Assembly (NCBI GenBank): GCA_040752415.1
Contig: JBFMGU010000004.1
Location: forward strand, 29,134 to 93,133
Length of the DNA stretch: 64,000 bases
Direction: 5' to 3'
DNA from: Myxococcota bacterium
Lineage (GTDB): Bacteria; Myxococcota; JACRCW01
Part shown: positions 57,060-64,000 of the stretch, piece by piece
Numbering within the stretch: position 1 is the stretch's first letter
Layout: the number at the start of each line of letters is the position of its first letter
Made by a program: the position numbers and the translations under genes
Notes under the pieces: model-generated
What the model was told of the DNA's origin: nothing
Databases searched by the model: none
The model's input: only the letters and a program-made list of their open reading frames with translations

Positions 57060-59327
57060 TCAGGGTCGAGCGGACGCGGGCTCCAGCAGCAGGCGCATGG
57101 CCTCGTGCAGCTGCTCGGGGCGGAACGGCTTGCGGAGGAATCCCGCGTTCCCGCTGGCCACCAGCTTCTCGGTCACCGGCTCGGGGTTGTAGCCGCTCAT
57201 CAGGAGCACACGCGCGCGCGGGTCCAGCTCACGCAGGCGCCGCAGCACCTCCACGCCGTCCATTCCCGGCATGGTGAGGTCCACCACCGCCGCCGTGATG
57301 GCGCCCCGGCGTTCCGCGTAGGTCTGCACCGCGTCCGCGCCGCCGCGGGCCACCACCACCTGCAGCCCCGCGCGTTCCAGCACCCGCTTCACCAGGTGCC
57401 GGACGCCCTCGTCGTCGTCCACCACCAGCACCGTTCCCTGGGCGTGCCACGACGTGGGCGTGGCCTCCGGGGTGGTCTCCACCGTGCCTGCCGCGGCGGG
57501 CAGCACCAGGCGGAAGAGGGAGCCCTGGCCGGGAGCGCTCTCCACGCGCAGCGCACCCCGGTGTCCGCGCGCCACCCCCAGCACCGCCGCCAGGCCCAGG
57601 CCGCGGCCGGTGAACTTCGTCGAGAAGAACGGGTCGAAGATGCGCTCCCGCGTGGCCGCATCCATGCCGCAGCCGGTGTCCTGCACCTCCACGAACACGT
57701 AGCTCCCCTCCGCCAGCGTCTCGGCGGGGAAGTACTGCGCGGCGTCCGCTTTCGCGCTGGGCAGCACGCCGGTGCGCACGGTGATGGTTCCCTTGCCCTC
57801 CACCAGGGCCTCGTTCGCATTCATCACCAGGTTCATGACCACCTGGCGGAGCTGCGTGGGGTCCGCCTCCACCGGCGGCAGCACCGACGCCAGCGCGTAC
57901 TCGATCCGCGCACCTCCCGTGATGGAGACCTGCAGCAGCTTGGTCATCTCCTGCACCAGCTCACTGAGATCCACCCGGCGCGTCTCCAGCTTCCCGCGAC
58001 CCGCGTAGGCCAGCAGCTGCTGGCACAGCTCCGCGGCGCGCGTGCTCGCCGTCTCAATCCCGTCCAGCCATTCCCGCGCGGGGTGCTCCGGCTCCAGGGT
58101 GGCCGCCGCCATCACCGCGTGGCCCAGGATGACCGAGAGCAGGTTGTTGAAGTCATGGGCAATGCCGCCCGCCAGCACGCCCACGCTCTCCAGCTTCTGG
58201 GTCTGCAGCAGCGCCTGCTTGTGACGGTGTCGCTCGGTGACGTCGCGGACCAGGGCCAGGGAATGGGGGCTTCCCTCCAGCATCACGCCCTTGACCGCCA
58301 CCTCGATGGGCACCCGCAGACCGGCCTTGTGGGCCACCACGGACTCGTAGTGGCTCGGCGGGTTGTTGCCCCGCAGGCGCTGGCTCATGCGCTCGGCGAT
58401 CACCGGTCTCTCGTCGGGGGGGACCAGCGCGAACAAGGACGGCAGCCCCAGCAGCTCCTCGCGCGCATGGCCGGTGATGGTGGACATGGCGTCGTTGACG
58501 TGGATGAGCTTGCCGGTGACGGCGTCCGCCAGCGCCAGGCCTTCACCCAGGTCGCTCTGCGCGCGCAGGATGGCTTCATACAGCGCGGTCTGCCGTTGCA
58601 GCTCGGCCTGCACGCGTTTGACGTTGGTGAGGTCGCGTTGGGCCACCAGGCGCGCCGGGCGGCCCTGGTAGACGCACTCCCGGGCGCAGATCTCCAGCGC
58701 AATGCGCGACCCGTCGGCCCGCAGGCCCACCGCCTCGTAGCGGCCTTGGAATGACGCGCGCATGTGTGCCAGCACGGTGGGCAGGCTCTCCGGCGCCACC
58801 AGGTCCGTGACCATCCGGCCCACCACGCGCTCCGGCCCGGCGCCGTACATGGCGGCAAAGGCGGAGTTGCATTCCACCACCCGCCCGTCTTGCACCACCA
58901 CGACGCCATCAAACGCCGTCTCCGCCAGGCCATGGTACCGCGCGCGGCTTTCCTCCAACGCGGTGAGCGTCCCGCGCTCCAAGGTGACGTCCCACATCAC
59001 GCCCTGGATGCGCTCTCCGCTGATGAGCATGTGATCGCGCAGCAGGCACGACGCTCCGTCGTCACGCAGGAAACGGTATTCCATCGTGTGCGTGCCACCC
59101 TCGCGCAGGGCGCGCGCCTGCTCGGCGGCGGTGTGCGCGCGGTCGTCGGGGTGGATGTGCTTGAGCCAGAACTCCGGCTCTGCCAGCCAGCGCTCCGGCG
59201 GGTGCCCGGTGACGCGGGTGGCGCCCTGACTGACCGACCGGAACACGCGCGTCTCGCCGTGCGCTTCGAAGACCACCGCGTCGTGCGTCGCCGTGGACCC
59301 GTCGGACAGCCTGCTCACTTCGCCCAT
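57060..59327 (-). CDS. Triple-PAS hybrid histidine kinase with C-terminal receiver
   Basis: Three PAS domains; GGIAHDFNNLL; FFSTKFTGRGLGL; VVDDD...DLTMP. Confidence 0.93.
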   Translation of the reverse strand: MGEVSRLSDGSTATHDAVVFEAHGETRVFRSVSQGATRVTGHPPERWLAEPEFWLKHIHPDDRAHTAAEQARALREGGTHTMEYRFLRDDGASCLLRDHMLISGERIQGVMWDVTLERGTLTALEESRARYHGLAETAFDGVVVVQDGRVVECNSAFAAMYGAGPERVVGRMVTDLVAPESLPTVLAHMRASFQGRYEAVGLRADGSRIALEICARECVYQGRPARLVAQRDLTNVKRVQAELQRQTALYEAILRAQSDLGEGLALADAVTGKLIHVNDAMSTITGHAREELLGLPSLFALVPPDERPVIAERMSQRLRGNNPPSHYESVVAHKAGLRVPIEVAVKGVMLEGSPHSLALVRDVTERHRHKQALLQTQKLESVGVLAGGIAHDFNNLLSVILGHAVMAAATLEPEHPAREWLDGIETASTRAAELCQQLLAYAGRGKLETRRVDLSELVQEMTKLLQVSITGGARIEYALASVLPPVEADPTQLRQVVMNLVMNANEALVEGKGTITVRTGVLPSAKADAAQYFPAETLAEGSYVFVEVQDTGCGMDAATRERIFDPFFSTKFTGRGLGLAAVLGVARGHRGALRVESAPGQGSLFRLVLPAAAGTVETTPEATPTSWHAQGTVLVVDDDEGVRHLVKRVLERAGLQVVVARGGADAVQTYAERRGAITAAVVDLTMPGMDGVEVLRRLRELDPRARVLLMSGYNPEPVTEKLVASGNAGFLRKPFRPEQLHEAMRLLLEPASARP

Positions 59328-59467
59328 GCGCCCCCCCGCTGCCCTGGGCGTAAGGGATGCGCCCGCGCAGTGTCAACGCGGAGTCTTCCCTGCCAGCAGT
59401 GGCATTCCACCCGCGCTGTTGCCGGCATTGTGCGTCGGTGGGGCGGCCTGGTGCGCCGTCCCCGACG

Positions 59468-60139
59468 TCACCGGACGATGCGCTTGCCCATGCGGCTGTT
59501 GAGACGGAAGTCGCGGAAGCCATCCTGGTTGCCGCGGTACTTCAGGTAGGGGTTCTCCCGTGCTTCGTCCCACAAGGTGGAGCGCGTGCGGGGTCCGTAG
59601 TCGTGGCCGGGCAGGACAATGGTCTCGGGCGGGAGCTCGAGCAGGACGTCGTAGAGGGAGTGGAACATGGCGTCGGCGTCACCGCCCTGGAGGTCCACCC
59701 GGCCGCACCCGTTGACGAACAGCACGTCACCCGTGAGCGCGTACATCCCGGTGAGGTACGTGGTTCCTCCCGGCGTGTGCCCCGGCGTGTGCACGCCCGT
59801 GATGACGGTCTCTCCCAGTCGCAGCGCGGGGTCGCTCTGGTGCGGGCGCACCAGCGCGCGGTCCACGTCGTCGGGGAGCTTGTCCGCTTCCAGGGCGTGC
59901 ACCCGCACGTCGGCGCCGGTCTCCCGCGCCACCGCGCCCACCGCCTCCACGTGGTCCATGTGCGTGTGCGTGACCAGCACGTGACGCAGCGCGCGGGCAT
60001 TCTCACGCACCCAGCGCAGGATGCGGTCCGCCTCGAACGCCGGGTCCACCAGCGCTGCCTCCCCCGTGTCCTCGTCGACGATGAGGTAGGTCAGGTTCCG
60101 TCCCAGCCCCACTTCCAGCGTGTGGATGCGCGTGCCCAT
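59468..60139 (-). CDS. MBL-fold metallo-hydrolase (glyoxalase II/ETHE1-like)
   Basis: THTHMDH, TPGHTPG, TGDVLF..GCGRVD, PGHDYG, NPYL. Confidence 0.9.
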   Translation of the reverse strand: MGTRIHTLEVGLGRNLTYLIVDEDTGEAALVDPAFEADRILRWVRENARALRHVLVTHTHMDHVEAVGAVARETGADVRVHALEADKLPDDVDRALVRPHQSDPALRLGETVITGVHTPGHTPGGTTYLTGMYALTGDVLFVNGCGRVDLQGGDADAMFHSLYDVLLELPPETIVLPGHDYGPRTRSTLWDEARENPYLKYRGNQDGFRDFRLNSRMGKRIVR

Positions 60140-60218
60140 CCCACTCCTGCCTTCCCGGCTGTCAGGTCTGCCGCCTGCTGGCGTAGGATTCGCCGCCGCC
60201 CACGGCAAGGGGTTCCTC

Positions 60219-60551
60219 ATGTCTCGCGTGTTGCTCCGGCTTCCATGCCAGGTGGCCCTGTCCCTGGGGCTCGGCGCAGTGTTGTTGCTGGCCGGCTGCC
60301 CGCCGCCACCGCGCGTGGAAGCGCCTCCGCCGCCCGCGGGTGCGGTGGACTTCCGGATTGAGTCGGAACCCTCCGGCGCCGACGTGCAGGTGGACGGGCA
60401 CGCACGCGGCGTGACGCCCGTGACCGTCCCGCTGGCGCCCGGTCGCCACACGTTGCGCCTGGCCAAGAGCGGTTACTTCGCGTTGGACACGGGGGTGGAC
60501 GTGGGGCCCACCGGCGGCGCCTTCAAGGGCACGCTGGTCTCCTCCCACTGA
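60219..60551 (+). CDS. PEGA-domain lipoprotein
   Basis: LLLAGC lipobox; SEPSGADVQVDG...GVTP...PGRHTLRL.K.GY. Confidence 0.85.
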   Translation: MSRVLLRLPCQVALSLGLGAVLLLAGCPPPPRVEAPPPPAGAVDFRIESEPSGADVQVDGHARGVTPVTVPLAPGRHTLRLAKSGYFALDTGVDVGPTGGAFKGTLVSSH

Positions 60552-60642
60552 AACAACGACCCGGCGGAAGTCCCGGCCGGCTCGTCGCCACGCTGCAGGG
60601 TCCAACGGAGCTGCGCCGTCCTGCCAAGGGGCCCCACTCGTA

Positions 60643-60906
60643 CCGGAACGCCGGCGTCTTGCCTGCCCGTGGCGTTCCCACACCTACCGGAACCCCGCTG
60701 CCTTGCCCGCCAGTGGGGTCCCTGCACGCACCGGAACCGCGTTGTCTTGCCCGCCAGTGGGGTCCCTGCACGCACCGGAACTGCGCTGTCCTGCCCGCCA
60801 GTGGGGTCCCTGCACGCCCCGGAAACGCGCTGCCTTGCCCACCAGAGGGGTCCCTGCACACACCGGAACCCCGTTTCCTTGCATGACCAGGGGGTTCCGG
60901 TACGGC
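60643..60906. repeat. Tandem repeat, 44-bp unit, about 6 copies
   Basis: CCGGAA recurs at 60643, 60687, 60731, 60775, 60819 and 60863; unit approximately CCGGAACCGCGCTGYCTTGCCCGCCAGTGGGGTCCCTGCACGCA. Confidence 0.92.
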
Positions 60907-60995
60907 CGCTACGTTCAGCGATTTTGCGTCGCCAAGGGGCTGTGGCCAGAACGAGCCGTCGCGGCGGGAGGACTGGGGGCGTTGCCGGGCCCAAA

Positions 60996-61283
60996 TACCT
61001 GGCCAGAAGTTCTTTCACGTCTGGGAAGGCTCCGTTGAGCCCGGACAGCTCGATTCAAAGCGGTATTTCAGACCGCACTCCCAAAGCGCCGGCCGCGCCC
61101 ATCCCATTGGGCGGAGAAGCCGGCACGCAGAGTTTCCCGACGAGCAGCCGCGGTGCGGGCAATCCGATGAAAGCGCAGCCGCGGTGCCCGCACCTTTGGG
61201 AGTGCGGTCTGAAATACCGCTTTGAATCCAGCTGTCCGGGCTCAACGGGCCTTCCCAGATGTGAAGGAAGCTCTGGCCAGGTA
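60996..61283. repeat. Long inverted repeat / MITE-like element with ~90-bp arms
   Basis: 60996-61086 vs 61194-61283 are reverse complements with ~6 differences; 107-nt spacer; TA at both outer ends. Confidence 0.9.
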
Positions 61284-61284
61284 C

Positions 61285-61626
61285 TCAGCCGACCACCTCG
61301 GAGCCGACCTTGCCCGCGCGCTCCGAGGGCTGCAGCGCATTGTCCGCCGCCGCCTGCACCTGCTCCGCGGCCGCCTGAACCTGCTCCGCCGCGGCTTGCA
61401 CCTGCTGGGCGGCCTCCTGCACGGCCTGCGCAACAACCTTCCGCGCGCGCCGCGGGTGGATGACCCGCAGCAGCATGCCCAGGGCGGCGCTGGCCACCAC
61501 CAGGAAGAAGACCAGCATGGCCACCAGCTCGGCTGCGCCCGGCCACTCCCAGTCCGCCGCGCGACGGCTCAACGCCCGCGCCACACGCCGCTGCCTGCTG
61601 GGAGAGACCCGTGCCTGCATGCTCAA
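61285..61626 (-). CDS. Small membrane protein with QVQAAAE heptad repeats
   Basis: Single TM followed by three 21-bp repeats. Confidence 0.55.
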   Translation of the reverse strand: MSMQARVSPSRQRRVARALSRRAADWEWPGAAELVAMLVFFLVVASAALGMLLRVIHPRRARKVVAQAVQEAAQQVQAAAEQVQAAAEQVQAAADNALQPSERAGKVGSEVVG

Positions 61627-61800
61627 GTTATATGCACGCGCAAAGCCAACCGCAGCTTTTCCTCCGTCGCCGTGCCGGCGCCCTTGGCGTGCCCGCGGAG
61701 GGCCGCGCCGCGGGCATGACAGGGATGTCAGGGGCGTGACTCGGCATCACACCGTGGTGGTGTGGGGGCGCCACACGGCGCGTGTGGGAGGCACACCGCG

Positions 61801-63957
61801 TCAGGGCGTGGGGCGCGCGGTGGGCAGGCGGAGCACCAGGGCCTGGTTGCGCAGCGTCTGGGCGTCCTCGGTGGGCGGCATGCAGTCACTGTTGGCGCAG
61901 GCGTACGCGCGCGGTGCGCCGGTGGGGGAGCCCTCCGGGGCGCCGGGTTGACGCACGTTGACGTGGTAGACCGCCGCGCCCAGTCGACGCGCCCCCAGCA
62001 CCGCGTCCGTCATGGCCACCGTCCCGCGACCCGGATTGCGCTCCACCAGCACCACCTGGATGGGCAGGTTCAGCAGACGCCACGCCGCCAGTCCCCAGCT
62101 GGCGCTCCGCACGCCGCCGCCCAGCGCTTCCCGCGCCAACGCCGCCATCACCATGCCCGCGCGCGCGCGCAGGTCCTGACGCCGGGTGACGTCGCTCAAA
62201 TCCAGCAGCGCCAGCGCCATTTCCGCGTTGGCCGCGGGCGCGTCGCCGTCAAAGGGCGAGCGACCGCGCGCCAACAGCACCGGCGGCTCCTGCGGGGACG
62301 GCACGCTGTCCATGTAGGCGCCGCTGGCATGCTGGTAGGCGCGGTGGACCAGCTCGGCGGTGTCCAGGGCCATCTCCAGGTAGCGCTGGTCGCCGCTGTG
62401 CAGGTGGCCTTCCACCAGCGCGCGGATCATGGCGGCCTGGTCGCCCAGCGTGGCCACGCCAAAGGGGAAACCGCGCGGGTCCAGGCCGTGCGCAAAGCCG
62501 CCGCCCTTGCGGTAGCCAAAGCGCACCCAGGACTCCAGCACCTCAATGGCCGCCAGCCGCGGCGCGGCAATCCCCAACGTCGGTGACGCCGCCAGGAACG
62601 TGCGGATGAGGTGACCGGCGCTCTCCGCGTAGCTGGTGGTGTCCACCGGTGGCGGGACGCGGTCGGCGCGCGCCAGGTTGAGCTTCTTGCGCGCCTCCTC
62701 CAGCTCCTCCATGGCCGTGCTGCCCTTGTTCCTGCCCAGCGCCACGTCCAGCTCGTCGCCCGCCAGCGCCAGGCGCGGCAGGTTGCGCATGGGCAGGTTG
62801 GGGAAGGTGCCGGGTTGCTCCTTCAGCCCGTAGCCCACCTCCGCCACCCGGGCGAGATCGGCGGGGAGCAGCTCCCGCACCTCCGGCAGCGTCCACGAGT
62901 AGAACAGCCCGTAGCTGCCCGGGTCCGGCGTGCCACCCACGCTGTCGCCGAAGATGATGTGCTTGATCTCATCCAGGGACTGGCCCAGCGGCGGCGCCTT
63001 GCCCGGCGGGAGCTGCGGCTTCTTCACCTCCAGCGGCCACGTCAGGTACTGCGCCACGAACTGCAGGACGCCCTGCGCGCAGCCCCGCAGCATCCCGCTC
63101 TGCGTGATGGCGTAGGCGTCCAGCAGCGCTTCCAGCATCAGCGCGTTCTGGACCGCCAGCTTCTCCAGGGAGGGCCGGTTCCACGCCTCGTCCTCCGCCA
63201 TGCGGAAGAAGCCGCCGCCCACCACGTCGTTGATGGAGGCGCGACACACCGCGGTCAGCGTCCGTGTGGCGCGGTCCAGGCTCTCGGCGTCACCCCACTC
63301 CCGGCCCGCGTGCAAGGCCAGTGCGTACATGCGCGGGTGCAGCGTCTTGGGCGCGCCCTTCAGTCCGCCGTGCTCGGCGTCAAACCGCTGCTCGAGGTCC
63401 TTGAGTGGCGCTTTCCACAGCGCGTCGGCCCCGCCCTCCGGCGGCAGCCACGGCGCGGCGGCGGTGAGCTGGCGTGCGCTCTGCTGCGCGGCGGCCAGCA
63501 GGTCCTCCCGCCCACGACGGAAATCCTCCAGCAGCTTCCCCAGCACCTCCGCCAGCCCCGCCAGCGCGCCCTCCGCGCGGGCCGGCACGTTGAGCGCGGA
63601 GAACAGCGGCAGCCCGTCGGGGGAGAACACCACGTTCAGCGGCCAGCCGCTGCGCTTGGAGATCACCTGCGCCACTTCCTGCAGCCGCGCGTCCAGGTCC
63701 GGGCGCTCCGCCGCGTCCACCTTCACGGCCACGTACCCGCTGTTGATGATCCGCACCGCCTCCGGGTCCTTGAACGCGCTCTCGTCCATGGCCTGGCAGG
63801 GGATGCACCAGGTGGCGCCCACGCTGATCAGCACCGGCCGACCCGTCTTGCGCGCCAGCTTCCACACATCGGGGTGGTAGGGGTTCCAGAACACCGGCGA
63901 TTGCGCGTTGGCCGCCAGGTACGGGCTCCGCGCGTCCTTCAAGGCGTTCCGCTCCAC
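61801..63957 (-). CDS. Thioredoxin-domain YyaL/DUF255 (SPATA20-like) protein
   Basis: NAL..ARSPYL, ISVGATWCIPCQAM..SAF, KVD..ERPDLD, GWPLNV, GGGFFR, AYAC..C.PP; start may lie near the window edge. Confidence 0.88.
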   Translation of the reverse strand: MERNALKDARSPYLAANAQSPVFWNPYHPDVWKLARKTGRPVLISVGATWCIPCQAMDESAFKDPEAVRIINSGYVAVKVDAAERPDLDARLQEVAQVISKRSGWPLNVVFSPDGLPLFSALNVPARAEGALAGLAEVLGKLLEDFRRGREDLLAAAQQSARQLTAAAPWLPPEGGADALWKAPLKDLEQRFDAEHGGLKGAPKTLHPRMYALALHAGREWGDAESLDRATRTLTAVCRASINDVVGGGFFRMAEDEAWNRPSLEKLAVQNALMLEALLDAYAITQSGMLRGCAQGVLQFVAQYLTWPLEVKKPQLPPGKAPPLGQSLDEIKHIIFGDSVGGTPDPGSYGLFYSWTLPEVRELLPADLARVAEVGYGLKEQPGTFPNLPMRNLPRLALAGDELDVALGRNKGSTAMEELEEARKKLNLARADRVPPPVDTTSYAESAGHLIRTFLAASPTLGIAAPRLAAIEVLESWVRFGYRKGGGFAHGLDPRGFPFGVATLGDQAAMIRALVEGHLHSGDQRYLEMALDTAELVHRAYQHASGAYMDSVPSPQEPPVLLARGRSPFDGDAPAANAEMALALLDLSDVTRRQDLRARAGMVMAALAREALGGGVRSASWGLAAWRLLNLPIQVVLVERNPGRGTVAMTDAVLGARRLGAAVYHVNVRQPGAPEGSPTGAPRAYACANSDCMPPTEDAQTLRNQALVLRLPTARPTP

Positions 63958-64000
63958 CTGGGCGTTCAGGGGCGCCTCCGGCTGCGCTCCCGCGTCGACA

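Noticed and set aside
60643..60906. CRISPR array
   Set aside because: Units are contiguous 44-mers with no unique spacers, and there are no cas genes in the window

Overview
High-GC window, probably Myxococcota (inferred from a MYXO-CTERM-type sorting tail, a DUF2378-like gene and very dense signalling). It has five blocks. (1) 0-22.5 kb: signalling region with PAS histidine kinases, three FIST/NosP-like sensors, a degenerate-looking tandem HD-GYP protein, an XRE regulator, DegV and a sigma54 activator. (2) 23-26 kb: reshuffled stressosome-like operon (RsbT, X, S, R, STAS/SEC14, second RsbT). (3) 28.3-41.8 kb: a tightly coupled 11-gene minus-strand redox operon. It joins hydrazine-synthase-like proteins (beta-propeller/di-heme fusion and an HzsA-like lipoprotein), ApbE, 5- and 11-heme cytochromes and a miniaturised Rnf-like complex (C, G, E, A, D; no RnfB). 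This is the best candidate for an undescribed system. (4) 42-54 kb: metal island with CusCBA-type efflux, a GMC oxidoreductase, an unannotated 40-aa peptide carrying three CCGN repeats, a His-rich DUF2946-like ORF and a TonB-dependent receptor. (5) 54-64 kb: hybrid kinases, an MBL hydrolase, a PEGA lipoprotein and a YyaL-like protein. Non-coding features include three long intergenic inverted repeats (44, 88 and ~90 bp arms) and a 44-bp tandem array. I saw no rRNA, tRNA, CRISPR array or transposase. All product calls come from motif recognition by eye; no database searches were run.
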